Virus record (IMG/VR): IMGVR_UViG_3300045921_000191
Coordinates: 32,001-96,000 of that record
Strand: one strand, 5' to 3'
Length of the DNA stretch: 64,000 bases
Source of the DNA: a virus
The notes beneath the pieces are model-generated. The model ran no database searches. It saw nothing but the letters and a program-made list of their open reading frames with translations, and was not told the DNA's origin. This document shows positions 48,374 to 58,046 of the stretch, piece after piece (the first letter of the stretch is position 1; each line of letters begins with the position of its first letter). Position numbers and translations under genes: made by a program.

Positions 48374-49137
48374 TATGACTCATTAGGGTCATAGTATTGA
48401 TTTGCAGCTATAGTTTGACCCTGACCGTCCTTTCTTTCTAAAAGGTAATCACGTTTCAAAATCCAAGTTTCAGGCATTTTGACGTAAGTTTTACCATTCA
48501 CAGTCTTAGATCCAGGGGTAGCTGATCTTAAATTAAACTGTGAATATCTATCTCGATGTACTGCTTTGATTGCTCGATACACTGGATGATATTTATAATA
48601 GACCGAGTAGATTTTTTTATCGGCTGGTTTGTGAGTTCCAATCCACTTAATAGAGCCGTTTTGGTCTAGAGTGAAATCTGTTCCAAAATGAAAACGTTCT
48701 TGTGTTGTACTATTTACCGCTATAAAAAGCCCTAGCACATCACAAGCAGGATACTTTAATACGTCCGTATCTGTTCCAACTTGCCGCTGAACTGCTTCGT
48801 AAAAGTCTTCAGAGAAGTCTAATAAAGCTACTTTGGTATAAATATGTAGAGTCGTGCCTGTAAGAAACGAGACTAAGATCTCGTCCATGTTAAAGGTGCC
48901 TTGTAGTTTATACTGCTCTATCAGATCTTGTTGCTGAAACAGAGCAATAGTCTCCTGGCAATCGAAATCGATCATGTTATTTCTGCAAAGTTGGCAGTTA
49001 ATATCGTGATCCATTGATTCTAAACTTTTAAAATTTGGGCAAACGGTTGACTTCCATATACGAACGCGAACACCTAGATCCCTAATAAGTTGATCTAGAC
49101 GGTCTACGTTAATACCAAAAGTCAGCGGCTTGCCCAT
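48373..49137 (-). CDS. Head closure / neck protein
   Basis: W.S.VCP....H...CQLC N-terminus and YSVYY..HP.Y, as in neck proteins of SPO1/Twort-like myoviruses. Confidence 0.6.
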   Translation of the reverse strand: MGKPLTFGINVDRLDQLIRDLGVRVRIWKSTVCPNFKSLESMDHDINCQLCRNNMIDFDCQETIALFQQQDLIEQYKLQGTFNMDEILVSFLTGTTLHIYTKVALLDFSEDFYEAVQRQVGTDTDVLKYPACDVLGLFIAVNSTTQERFHFGTDFTLDQNGSIKWIGTHKPADKKIYSVYYKYHPVYRAIKAVHRDRYSQFNLRSATPGSKTVNGKTYVKMPETWILKRDYLLERKDGQGQTIAANQYYDPNES

Positions 49138-49146
49138 AATTACCTT

Positions 49147-49527
49147 TTACTTCTTTTGAGAAAGTTTTTGAATATCTTCCGCACTCATAACCGTGTTGCC
49201 TTTGTTGCGAGCGTTAGCTACATAATCTTGAGGAGACTCTTTAAAGTTACTTAAAACTGTCCCTCGTGGAGTCTGAGCCACAGAGCTACCGAGAGTAAAG
49301 CCGCTAAAAAGGCCAGGTGCAAATTTGACCTTTTTCGGCGCAGGTTCGGATTCTTGCGTTTTATTTTCTTCAGTTTCACCAGTAACTCCCTCTGCCTTTA
49401 CTTCGGCAGGAGCTGGAGTAGAACCAGGGATTACTGAAGTTTCAACTTGCTTAACTTCATCACCTGGAGACGGAGGAGTAGCATCCTCATATCCAGCAGT
49501 CATTGCTTTTTTAAGTTCTTTGCTCAT
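49147..49527 (-). CDS. Putative internal head protein
   Basis: LKKAMTAGY resembles the capsid LNKALSAG site; low complexity. Confidence 0.5.
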   Translation of the reverse strand: MSKELKKAMTAGYEDATPPSPGDEVKQVETSVIPGSTPAPAEVKAEGVTGETEENKTQESEPAPKKVKFAPGLFSGFTLGSSVAQTPRGTVLSNFKESPQDYVANARNKGNTVMSAEDIQKLSQKK

Positions 49528-49868
49528 TTCTGTTCTCCCTTTTTCCGTTTTACAAAACTCTTAATTAGATCAAAGCTTCCTTGAATGAAGCTTTCTAAAG
49601 ATTTCTTGGCTTTTTCGTCCTTAGTTTTATAATCATTTTTACCAGAAGGTCCTATATTAAATTGTCCACCATAAGGACCATACATAACGGGCTTTTTAAT
49701 ATGTTTGGGTCCATATTCTTTTTTCTTAGACTCGTCCACATGTTTAGCTTTTGGCTTTTTAGGATCAGGTCTACTAACGCTGTCAATTTTAACATCGCCT
49801 TCGGTTTTTCTCTTTTTACGATGCCTCTTAACGGCGTCTAAAATTTTCTTCTTTTTAGCATTATCCAT
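49524..49868 (-). CDS. Basic putative internal head protein
   Basis: Lys-rich; contains LIKSF. Confidence 0.5.
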   Translation of the reverse strand: MDNAKKKKILDAVKRHRKKRKTEGDVKIDSVSRPDPKKPKAKHVDESKKKEYGPKHIKKPVMYGPYGGQFNIGPSGKNDYKTKDEKAKKSLESFIQGSFDLIKSFVKRKKGEQK

Positions 49869-50622
49869 TTTGTTTTCTCTCCTTAAGTTTGTTATGAGAG
49901 TTTTTTAGAGCAGTTTGGAGAGACTTAAAACTCTCCTTATACTCATTTTGAACATTAGTAATTTTTTCGGCAGAGGTTTTTACGCCTTCTTGGTTGCCGC
50001 TGGCGGCATGTTCTTTTCCAAGTTTCTTAAGGTTATCGACTCGGTTTTTGATCTCAATCAACTTATTAAGTCTTTTTTCGATTTCGGGTTTGTCTTCTGG
50101 AAGAATTCTACCGTTTAACTTTTTCATAAACTGGTTTACTTGTGCTTTTCCATGTTCAGTCGAGAAATCGCGTTTATCTTTAGTCTCGTGATCGCCGTAG
50201 TAATGTCCCGTAGATACGTCTACCCAAACACCCTCGTTGATTTTCTTTCTACCATTGCGGATAGTTCCAATGGGAAATCTTCTAGCAGACCGCTTACCAG
50301 AAATCGATTTAGGCGTGGCTCCTGTACTTTTAGGAGTAGCAGAGGTCACTGGTTTTGGGCCAGTTCCTGGTAATGCTTTACTTACAGAATCAAGATTAAC
50401 CATCAAGCCGTCATCTAGCAAGTTTAAAAGTTTATCTCTAGGATAAGCTACTTTATTTCCATGTGAATCTTCCAAAATACAAATCTCGGAATCAGATTTA
50501 GTCAACATCTTGTACTGATTATTGAACATAGAAACTTTACTATTTTGAGCAGGCAAGCGACTAGCTTTAAGATTCCGCCTCTCTGACATATATTTGCTAA
50601 TAAAGTCTTTATGCTTGCTCAT
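49861..50622 (-). CDS. Basic putative internal head protein
   Basis: LTKS and VSKALPG motifs; FPIGTIR..RKK...G.W. Confidence 0.5.
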   Translation of the reverse strand: MSKHKDFISKYMSERRNLKASRLPAQNSKVSMFNNQYKMLTKSDSEICILEDSHGNKVAYPRDKLLNLLDDGLMVNLDSVSKALPGTGPKPVTSATPKSTGATPKSISGKRSARRFPIGTIRNGRKKINEGVWVDVSTGHYYGDHETKDKRDFSTEHGKAQVNQFMKKLNGRILPEDKPEIEKRLNKLIEIKNRVDNLKKLGKEHAASGNQEGVKTSAEKITNVQNEYKESFKSLQTALKNSHNKLKERKQNG

Positions 50623-50625
50623 AAA

Positions 50626-51414
50626 TTATTTTTGATTTTGCTGCACTGCAAAAAGGATTTGATTAAAACGTTCTTTTTCTTGTTCCCAGTTGCTTAAAAT
50701 GAATTTAGCAGCTTCAGTGTCATTTGTAAATTGCTGAAACTGGTTATTACGTCTCCACGACTTAATGGCTTTTTTCATCAAATCTTGAGGATGTTGTCTT
50801 GCATTTCGAAAGTCAGAAACAAAGTCTTTAATGGACTTTTGCATTTCAAATTCAAAATCTCCCATTTTAATTCTAACGGATTTGGGACCGTCTGAGGGAG
50901 CTTCTATAATAACTGGAGCAGGTGCTACTGGGGCAGGGGTTGAGGCTAGGATTGGTTCGTAGTCTGCTTTTTGGATAAAGCCTTTGACCATTAGAGTTTT
51001 AGCAGCAATCTCTAAAGTTACATCAGATAATTTTTCTACTACCTGACCTTGGATATCTGAAAAATCGCAATTATATAAATTGTCGGCCTTTTGAGCAAGA
51101 GTTAGAGTCCCTTTTAAAAAAGGAATCTTATAAATGCCTTGATGTCTTTCTGCGTCAGTATTTTCCTTAGAATCGTGGCCTTTATACATGCAGTTTCGCA
51201 TGTAATCTAAAAGAGAAGAAGGAGTACCCTCCTCCGCTGCCTGTTGATCTTTAGCGTCAATAGACACAAACTGATCTTGATAATCGTAAGATTTTTTGAC
51301 TTTAATGCCAGCACTTAGCTGTTCTTTATCAAAATCTTTTGGACTCTTATTGTCGGCAGTACCCCCTGGGAGTCTGTCTTTATATGATTTAAGGAAGGTT
51401 TTAACTTTACTCAT
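50626..51414 (-). CDS. Putative internal head protein
   Basis: Multiple xxKS/KA motifs; DUF5661-like N-terminal fragment. Confidence 0.5.
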   Translation of the reverse strand: MSKVKTFLKSYKDRLPGGTADNKSPKDFDKEQLSAGIKVKKSYDYQDQFVSIDAKDQQAAEEGTPSSLLDYMRNCMYKGHDSKENTDAERHQGIYKIPFLKGTLTLAQKADNLYNCDFSDIQGQVVEKLSDVTLEIAAKTLMVKGFIQKADYEPILASTPAPVAPAPVIIEAPSDGPKSVRIKMGDFEFEMQKSIKDFVSDFRNARQHPQDLMKKAIKSWRRNNQFQQFTNDTEAAKFILSNWEQEKERFNQILFAVQQNQK

Positions 51415-52208
51415 TATGGCACCACAAATTGGAAGCCGTTATAATACTTCCTGACAGTTTCTACATAATCTTTCAATTTCTTTCTATAGCCGTCTATTCT
51501 AGCCGAATAAGCGCTGTACATGGCCGAAGCGGTTAGGGTTTTGCCGACGCTTGCGCCGTCTAAGCCTACACTCTCACTAGCTACTCCAGGCCCGAGTACA
51601 ATGTCTCCTAAGATCTCAAATATACCAATGGAAGCTTGAAGTCCAATCATGTCGTTAATAATTACTGGAATTTGGTCAGCACAAAAGCCTGCGGTATAGT
51701 CTACCTCGAATAGATGTGGCCACGACTCTTTAGATCCATACATCAAAGGAGCGTAAGCTCCTCCTGAAGTGGTAACGATACTGTTGTAACTTCCCGTTGA
51801 CGGAGACAGTTGAAGTTGTCCTGATTCTTTTTCTAAAACAAACCATTCAGGTGGATAGTCAATTAATTCTTGACTGTTTGCTAATTTGGCTTTTAAAGAA
51901 TGGACTTCGGCGGCGGGTCGCTTCTTCAAATGAAGAAGGTTAAATTCAGTATAATCCACAGCTCGATAATCGTATCGTTCTAAAAACCGTGCAGGGGTGA
52001 TACAGATATCTAGCTTATGTTGTAAATAAGATATTGCCGTATTAATCTGATGCTGAATGGTTTCTAATGGAAGCTCGTTACCATTGCTGTCGGTCAGGTC
52101 GATTCCGAACAAATACCTAGCCTTTAATTGCTCAGGGGTCAGCATCGCCTCTGTTTGTGTAAAAGCATTGCTGCTAATTTGATTTGGAAGAGTTCCTACT
52201 CCGCTCAT
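51414..52208 (-). CDS. Head-tail adaptor protein
   Basis: LTPEQLKARYLFGIDL..SNG, EVDYTAGF, GVAS.S.GLDG.S, TASA....YSARI. Start taken at ATG 52208 (the track starts at 52232). Confidence 0.7.
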   Translation of the reverse strand: MSGVGTLPNQISSNAFTQTEAMLTPEQLKARYLFGIDLTDSNGNELPLETIQHQINTAISYLQHKLDICITPARFLERYDYRAVDYTEFNLLHLKKRPAAEVHSLKAKLANSQELIDYPPEWFVLEKESGQLQLSPSTGSYNSIVTTSGGAYAPLMYGSKESWPHLFEVDYTAGFCADQIPVIINDMIGLQASIGIFEILGDIVLGPGVASESVGLDGASVGKTLTASAMYSAYSARIDGYRKKLKDYVETVRKYYNGFQFVVP

Positions 52209-52209
52209 T

Positions 52210-52461
52210 TTATGCCTCGAAAAAGAGTCCACCTTTCTTGGTGATTACTCTTCCTTTAAAATTCTCTGCCATCAACTGCATGAATCGTTTTGGTTGATTA
52301 TTAAACAGAATAGCTTCTAGATAATCTTTTATGTCTTTTTGAAGTTGTTCAGAAGAGTTAAGAACTCGGTTCCTAATGCACACCAGGGCCGCCTTATCAT
52401 TAGGATGTTTCCTAACATAATCTACATCTTTGAGAGCCTCTTCCATGGTTTCATATTTCAT
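52210..52461 (-). CDS. Hypothetical protein
   Basis: MKYETMEE start lies 1 nt after the endolysin stop; the longer track ORF overlaps the endolysin. Confidence 0.55.
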   Translation of the reverse strand: MKYETMEEALKDVDYVRKHPNDKAALVCIRNRVLNSSEQLQKDIKDYLEAILFNNQPKRFMQLMAENFKGRVITKKGGLFFEA

Positions 52462-52462
52462 A

Positions 52463-52861
52463 TTATTTATTCTTTCTAAAATTCCAACGAGCTTTTGAGC
52501 CTCTACTGTCGATATGAGTAAAGGTATCATATCTCCCGAGGCCGTCAAAATGCTCGCACGAGCTTGCTACTTGTTCTGGAGTCATACCAGACACTACAAT
52601 ATCAGTTGCGTCAGAGATTAAATGCCTAGATTTTGACGAGCCGCCTTCAGCAGCATTGTGTTTTGGACATCTAAAACCTGAAGTAATTTTAACAGGTTTG
52701 CCCCATTTATCTCTCATTAATTGTAGCTTCTCAACGTGGTCCAAGTCAATAATAGTTTGCTTGCATTCTGCATTCTTACAATTACAGTCCCACTCATTTG
52801 ACCAAAAATTCTTGGTCATTTGAACTTTTTCGCCTCGTTTATAAATTCTGATTTTAGCCAT
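52463..52861 (-). CDS. Endolysin, peptidase M15A family
   Basis: ITSGFRCPKHNAAEGG...SRH....ATDI...GLGRY..FTHIDSR. Confidence 0.88.
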   Translation of the reverse strand: MAKIRIYKRGEKVQMTKNFWSNEWDCNCKNAECKQTIIDLDHVEKLQLMRDKWGKPVKITSGFRCPKHNAAEGGSSKSRHLISDATDIVVSGMTPEQVASSCEHFDGLGRYDTFTHIDSRGSKARWNFRKNK

Positions 52862-53241
52862 TAGCAGTTCACCAAGCTCACTTTCTGAAGTCCCATCTGA
52901 AGGATGGCAATAGACACGTTAGGGCCTTCTGTAACTTTTAGAATTAGATTTTGGCTAATTAAAACAGCGGTTTCTGACGCCGAAAGAGACAATAAAAGCA
53001 CTGATCGGTCATCATCGGGAAATTTAAGAGTGGGGACCTTTACAAGAACCGTGCCGTCTGATCTAAGCAAATCCACAGAAAAGGTAGCTCCAGCGGCGGG
53101 AACATATCGTAGTTTTTTACTAGGTTGCCATAGTTGCATTACAACTTCGGCAGTTTCTCCGCCTACGACAGAAGCGGACGACATGATTTGAAACGCATTC
53201 AGCGTGCAATCACTATTAAGTATATTTAAAGAAAGTGACAT
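52861..53241 (-). CDS. Hypothetical (probably structural) protein
   Basis: Beta-rich 126-aa ORF with RBS, coupled to the endolysin gene. Confidence 0.55.
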   Translation of the reverse strand: MSLSLNILNSDCTLNAFQIMSSASVVGGETAEVVMQLWQPSKKLRYVPAAGATFSVDLLRSDGTVLVKVPTLKFPDDDRSVLLLSLSASETAVLISQNLILKVTEGPNVSIAILQMGLQKVSLVNC

Positions 53242-53294
53242 TTAAAACCTCTACCTACATTATATACTAAGCTCTTGAGAATAAAAGCTAATTC

Positions 53295-53678
53295 TTAGCT
53301 AAACAGGTTGTAGATAGCTGCTATAGCCCCTGCTAAAGCTCCTAGGCCAATAATCCATTGTCCTATTGTTTTTATAATCTTTCTTGGTTCTTCTAATGCA
53401 GCAACTCTAGAATCTACTTTTCGTATTTCAAGTTTTAAAGCTTCTTCTCTAAGCTCGTTGTCCCGCTTTAGTTGAATACTTCTATCGTGGTGTTCTTGCA
53501 GAATTTCGTTTTGCTGTTTATCTAGGGATCTAATTCCCTCTAGCTCAAATTCGGTCTTTTGGATATGAAGATCTAAATCTCTGCGCAAATAATGCACTAA
53601 GTTATTTGTGTCTTCAGACTTTTCAAGAACTTTCTTTAAAAGTTCAAGGTAAATGCCTGATTTATCTTCTTGATCCAT
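53295..53678 (-). CDS. Coiled-coil protein with a C-terminal transmembrane helix (holin/XhlA-like candidate)
   Basis: Hydrophobic tail WIIGLGALAGAIAAIYNLFS; near the endolysin. Confidence 0.5.
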   Translation of the reverse strand: MDQEDKSGIYLELLKKVLEKSEDTNNLVHYLRRDLDLHIQKTEFELEGIRSLDKQQNEILQEHHDRSIQLKRDNELREEALKLEIRKVDSRVAALEEPRKIIKTIGQWIIGLGALAGAIAAIYNLFS

Positions 53679-53687
53679 TTTAATTCC

Positions 53688-54185
53688 TCATTTACTACTC
53701 AGTAGCTCATATATGTCTTTTGGGGTAATTTCGTCTAGATTTTGTGAAATAGAGTATCCAAGTTCTATTAAAACTTCGGCCACCAATTCACAGCATATGT
53801 AATGCGATCTTCCGTCTTTAAAGGGGTTTGATCCCTTAAAACCCAAAAAATTCATTAATTTAGCTAATCCTAGCCCTACTAGTTGCTTAACGGAATATGG
53901 TGCTCCAGCTTGATCCATAGCAAACTGGATGACTTTCTTTCTCGTAGCATCTGACAACAGTATATCAAATTTATCGACTGTTTGGTTTATGGAATCGAAC
54001 CTTTTTCCCTCCATAAAATGGACCATACTGCCAGAAGCTTGATATATCACATCTCGCTGTAAATATTCAGAATTCCATCTAATAAACACATGAGAGAACT
54101 CGGTTCCCTCTAGCCAGCGAATTAAGGTAGAAAGGATCTTCCACTTTGATTTTGCCTTGGAAAATCCAATAGTTAGAGTCTGCAT
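53688..54185 (-). CDS. Permuted papain-like amidase (YiiX/YebB-type NlpC/P60)
   Basis: His (FSHVFI) precedes Cys (YICCELV); GAPY; ITP.D. Confidence 0.8.
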   Translation of the reverse strand: MQTLTIGFSKAKSKWKILSTLIRWLEGTEFSHVFIRWNSEYLQRDVIYQASGSMVHFMEGKRFDSINQTVDKFDILLSDATRKKVIQFAMDQAGAPYSVKQLVGLGLAKLMNFLGFKGSNPFKDGRSHYICCELVAEVLIELGYSISQNLDEITPKDIYELLSSK

Positions 54186-54190
54186 GAGTA

Positions 54191-54859
54191 TCAGTCTTTT
54201 ACTTCATTCATTATCAAGTTTATGCCAATAGTTTTGGCAGAAACAGAATTATAAGTAACTTTTAGCATCATCCCTTGATAAAGGTCTGCATCAAACTGGG
54301 AAGTTCTGATGTAATAGTCTTTTGGAACATTTACGCTGTATGCAAATTGATTTAGTTTTAAATTTGGATATCCAGAATAAGAGCCTTGAGCATCATCATA
54401 AACTTCAAAATCGCAATAATCAAGAGTTTCGGCTCCAATAACCTCTACTCCTAAAAGCTTTACCCAAGGATAATTTATTACATAGGTAATGGTATTTGTG
54501 CCTTGATCTAAGGCTTGTTGAATACCTGTGTTGCGGGCATATAATTTCTTAACTACACCACCTACCACCAGCGTTTTTGCGGCAAAAGACGGTATGCTTT
54601 GAATGTTTAAATCGGGTTGAGAAGTTATAGCTACTTGCTGAACTGAATTTTCTGGCAATGGAGTGTTGTCGTGTGCAGCAACAAGTGCATTGAGTATAGT
54701 CTCATCGCCTTCCGATAGTTCCGATTTAAACCATATATCTGTTTTTGCTGGCGAGGAAGCTGTTTCAATGTGGTCTAGCGCTATTATTATTTCGGATTGC
54801 GAGATTTCTAAAGCAATTTTATCCGAGTCACAAAGAACATCAAATGTGTATTTTTTCAT
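54191..54859 (-). CDS. Virion structural protein
   Basis: Beta-rich ORF; start taken at the ATG overlapping the upstream TAA. Confidence 0.5.
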   Translation of the reverse strand: MKKYTFDVLCDSDKIALEISQSEIIIALDHIETASSPAKTDIWFKSELSEGDETILNALVAAHDNTPLPENSVQQVAITSQPDLNIQSIPSFAAKTLVVGGVVKKLYARNTGIQQALDQGTNTITYVINYPWVKLLGVEVIGAETLDYCDFEVYDDAQGSYSGYPNLKLNQFAYSVNVPKDYYIRTSQFDADLYQGMMLKVTYNSVSAKTIGINLIMNEVKD

Positions 54860-55671
54860 TATGCAATCCTCCAAATAAACATTCGCGCCTGTTGCACAAA
54901 AATTGTCGTCGAGCTACCTGTCCATTTAAAGTCAAAAGTGTAGGTATTCACCCCCGAAATGCCAGGAGTCCTCTTAAAACCAGAAAGAAGCTGCCTATCC
55001 TGGGTTCTAGCTGTTGAAGGACTCCAGGCGACGATGTCGGAACCGTTCAGTTGAAACCTGAAATCAGCTTCACGGTTTGCATTGGAAGATCTCCAGATGA
55101 ACTGGAAGTTTAAAAGATAGTCTCCAAGAGGAAGACTCGCGGGAGTTGTGAGTGTAAGCTTGTTCGCCCATGTCGTGCCAGAGTTGTTTGAAGTTTCTGA
55201 CTCATCTACAACATCATAAATCTGGGTTCCGAACACGTTTCCGTTATCAAGAGTGTATGTAAGTGCCCAGTTTCCATTTGATGTTCCGTTATCTCTCAAA
55301 AGCACGAAAGTCTGTCCATTGGCTTTTAAAGTAGCCAAAGTAGTGCCGCCTGCGTTTTTAATTAAAACAGATTGAGAGGATAAGTTCCAAATTTCATAAT
55401 GATGACCTTTTGTTAAGGTAGTTGCATTTGGTAAAACCAAGGAATGACCAACTGCTGTTCCTATGAATACCTGCAAGCTATTGCTGGTCGCCGTTAATGT
55501 GGTGGTTCCTGCTGCTGATGTTGTTATCTCAGATTGATCGAGTGCTATTCTTTGTCTGACTTCTTTAAGAGCAGATTGTACTTCAGTTGATTGAAATGAT
55601 GAAGCTGTATTATCAAATGGAACAGAACCCGCTACTGGAGATTTATAGATGGGTCCGAATCCTTTTGACAT
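54859..55671 (-). CDS. Fibre-like structural protein
   Basis: STEVQSAL.EV, LVLPNATTL..G..Y.I.N.S. Confidence 0.55.
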   Translation of the reverse strand: MSKGFGPIYKSPVAGSVPFDNTASSFQSTEVQSALKEVRQRIALDQSEITTSAAGTTTLTATSNSLQVFIGTAVGHSLVLPNATTLTKGHHYEIWNLSSQSVLIKNAGGTTLATLKANGQTFVLLRDNGTSNGNWALTYTLDNGNVFGTQIYDVVDESETSNNSGTTWANKLTLTTPASLPLGDYLLNFQFIWRSSNANREADFRFQLNGSDIVAWSPSTARTQDRQLLSGFKRTPGISGVNTYTFDFKWTGSSTTIFVQQARMFIWRIA

Positions 55672-55672
55672 A

Positions 55673-55981
55673 TTATGCGAATTCCTGAACTATAACAGTG
55701 GCGCTCCCGCTATTCTTAATCATAAAGACTCCAATATCGCCTATAGGAAGAGAAACCGATTGATCCTTTTTCAACTCGTCGCCAGTAGAAGTAGTTACTC
55801 CAGCGGGGCCAAACCAAATGCTGCCAGGTCCTTGATTGGTTATAGTCAGAGCTTCTCGATTGGTTAATCTAGAGCCTCCGACCTTAGCTTCTATAGCGGA
55901 CGTAGACACTGTTACGGGTCCTGAAACGTACCCGTCTTGCATTACATCAGAATATTCTCCAGTACTACTTAGTCCCGACAT
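55673..55981 (-). CDS. Small beta-sandwich decoration-like protein
   Basis: Paralogous to the C-terminal domain of 56291..57172 (GPxGVTTSTG). Confidence 0.55.
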   Translation of the reverse strand: MSGLSSTGEYSDVMQDGYVSGPVTVSTSAIEAKVGGSRLTNREALTITNQGPGSIWFGPAGVTTSTGDELKKDQSVSLPIGDIGVFMIKNSGSATVIVQEFA

Positions 55982-56216
55982 CTTTTTTTGCTCGCTTCTT
56001 TTTAGGTTCTTCCAAAACTGCTGCTGGTTCTTTTGGCATTTGAGGGGCTGCTAATTTTGGTGACAAATCTTCTTCAATACGTTTTTTAAGTTCGGCGGCC
56101 CAGTCCATTACTCTCGCAACAGCTATAACCTCATTACCTTTTAACTCATGTTGTGCTTTTGCTAGAACTTCAATTAATACATTTGAGCAAATCGCATCGC
56201 GTTTATTTACTAACAT
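55965..56216 (-). CDS. Hypothetical protein
   Basis: 83-aa ORF with a GGAGG RBS. Confidence 0.6.
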   Translation of the reverse strand: MLVNKRDAICSNVLIEVLAKAQHELKGNEVIAVARVMDWAAELKKRIEEDLSPKLAAPQMPKEPAAVLEEPKKKRAKKDVGTK

Positions 56217-56225
56217 TTATCCTCC

Positions 56226-56266
56226 AAAAACAAAAAAGGGTAGTAGAGCATTACCCCTACTACCCT
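56226..56266 (-). terminator. Rho-independent terminator
   Basis: AGGGTAGTAGGG/CTCTACTACCCT stem followed by TTTTTGTTTTT. Confidence 0.8.
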
Positions 56267-56290
56267 ACATCTTATCCTAAGTGTTAGGAT

Positions 56291-57172
56291 TTAGGCAAGT
56301 TCAAATACGCGAACGTTTAGTGCTGCCGTTCCAGCGATAGCAAACAAGGACACGTTGGGACCAATTTCAAGTGCCAAAGATCCGCCTGCGCCAATACGAA
56401 GACCAGTAGAAGTAGTTACTCCAGTGGGTCCTACGTTGATATCTTTGTTTGACAAGTTCTGAATAATCATTCGGCGGCGGCCTGCTAAAGGCGAGCTAGA
56501 CAATGCTACTTCGGTAAGACCTACTGTTACGGCTGTCGAAGCGACACCGATATTAGGACTATCGTTGATGTAAATACGACGGTAGAGATCTGAGATAACA
56601 TCGGCTCGATCACCAGTTGCCGATACGGCTGCTAGTGCGCCAGAAAGGGCTCGTGAACCAACTTTAAGAGGATTTCCAGAATCGGGAGCATCATCAGCGA
56701 TATCACCACTAACAGAAGCGGCGGTCCACAAACGGCCAACTGAATCTACTTTCAGAGCGGCATAATCGCCGTCTGCGGAAACAGAATTCGCAAGAGTATC
56801 TTGGCGAACAGCCAACATAAACGATCCAATATCCCCGCTGGTGTGGGCTGCGTCTTCAGCTTTCTCATGACCGTTAACTACTGAAATATCAGCATTAACG
56901 TTGATGCTACCATCAGCGTTAACAAGCATAGTGTTACCGCCTTGGGCGATAGCTACGTTGTCTTGAGCGTGATTAAGATTACGAATATCAAGATCGGTAG
57001 CTGTAACTGCGATACTGGTATTGGCAATACTAACGTCGAGAGCTTTTTTAGCCCCCTCGGTAGTATGCGTCAACAAAGTACCGTCAGACGAACGAAGGTA
57101 TGCTCCTACGTTATCTGAGCTATTTGCCTCAGTTGCATCAAATACCAACAATTCTTTACCTAAACCGCTCAT
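56291..57172 (-). CDS. Head fibre / decoration protein
   Basis: Triple-beta-like repeats (VNADGSINV, KVDSVGRL) and a C-terminal jelly-roll-like domain. Confidence 0.55.
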   Translation of the reverse strand: MSGLGKELLVFDATEANSSDNVGAYLRSSDGTLLTHTTEGAKKALDVSIANTSIAVTATDLDIRNLNHAQDNVAIAQGGNTMLVNADGSINVNADISVVNGHEKAEDAAHTSGDIGSFMLAVRQDTLANSVSADGDYAALKVDSVGRLWTAASVSGDIADDAPDSGNPLKVGSRALSGALAAVSATGDRADVISDLYRRIYINDSPNIGVASTAVTVGLTEVALSSSPLAGRRRMIIQNLSNKDINVGPTGVTTSTGLRIGAGGSLALEIGPNVSLFAIAGTAALNVRVFELA

Positions 57173-57185
57173 TTAATTTCTCCCC

Positions 57186-57629
57186 TTAAGTCCAAGCCAA
57201 GATCTCTATCGTCGTAGCTTTGGTGGACTGTACGTATAAAGTTTTTTCAACTAATAATAACCCATCTGATTCGTAAAATGTACCAAATGGGACAGTAATA
57301 AAGTTTGTTGCACTTTCTCCATTCTCAAAAGAAAATTGGAGCGTTGCGTTATGAATCCTAGATTTAATGAGTAACTTCTTAGTATTATTGGGTAATACTT
57401 GTGAATACTCTGTATTTGGATTCGGCACGTCTAGATTATAAATCGTGGGCGTGTCAGCAGAGTCTACTGCTACGCTAATTGTACCACTTATTGAAAGTGG
57501 ATTTTGATCGTCTATTGGATTTCCATCAAAGTCAACTAAAACGACGCGACGAGCCGAGGCATTATCTTCATGCTCGTGCTGCTCAATCGCTCCTATAGAG
57601 CGAATTTGTCGTTTAGGTAAACCAACCAC
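57186..57629 (-). CDS. Decoration-like structural protein
   Basis: C-terminal beta domain loosely similar to its neighbours; AGGAGG RBS with GTG start. Confidence 0.5.
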   Translation of the reverse strand: MVGLPKRQIRSIGAIEQHEHEDNASARRVVLVDFDGNPIDDQNPLSISGTISVAVDSADTPTIYNLDVPNPNTEYSQVLPNNTKKLLIKSRIHNATLQFSFENGESATNFITVPFGTFYESDGLLLVEKTLYVQSTKATTIEILAWT

Positions 57630-57662
57630 AGAACCCTCCTAGATTGTGTCTGAGAGTCTTGA

Positions 57663-58046
57663 TTAGTGTTCGAGAATCACAACTTGAACGGTTGTAGCGC
57701 TAGTTTTGACTGCCATTGAAATTTTAGGATCACTTGATTGTCCCAAGAAAATTACTTCAGCGGAGTTTGGAGGAAGAGCAAATCCGTTAGTAATGTCTAC
57801 AGTTACAGGCGCTTCGTCAGCAGGTCCTGTCCAAACAAATGCAGTTGTTCCAGAAGTATTACAAGCTCTAATCATTGCGAAGTTTTCTAACGGCTTTAAA
57901 GTCGTAGAATTTGCAAGAATTTCTCGAATAGTTCCAGGCATTCCTTTAGTGCTTTTTGCAGACCCACTTTGATCATGATGTTCCATATTTGTGATGGAAC
58001 CTGGACTGCGAGATGTTTTTAATCCCAATCGTGAATTTTGGCTCAT
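57663..58046 (-). CDS. Decoration-like structural protein
   Basis: NGFALPPNS..I and VQVVILE, similar to its neighbours. Confidence 0.5.
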   Translation of the reverse strand: MSQNSRLGLKTSRSPGSITNMEHHDQSGSAKSTKGMPGTIREILANSTTLKPLENFAMIRACNTSGTTAFVWTGPADEAPVTVDITNGFALPPNSAEVIFLGQSSDPKISMAVKTSATTVQVVILEH

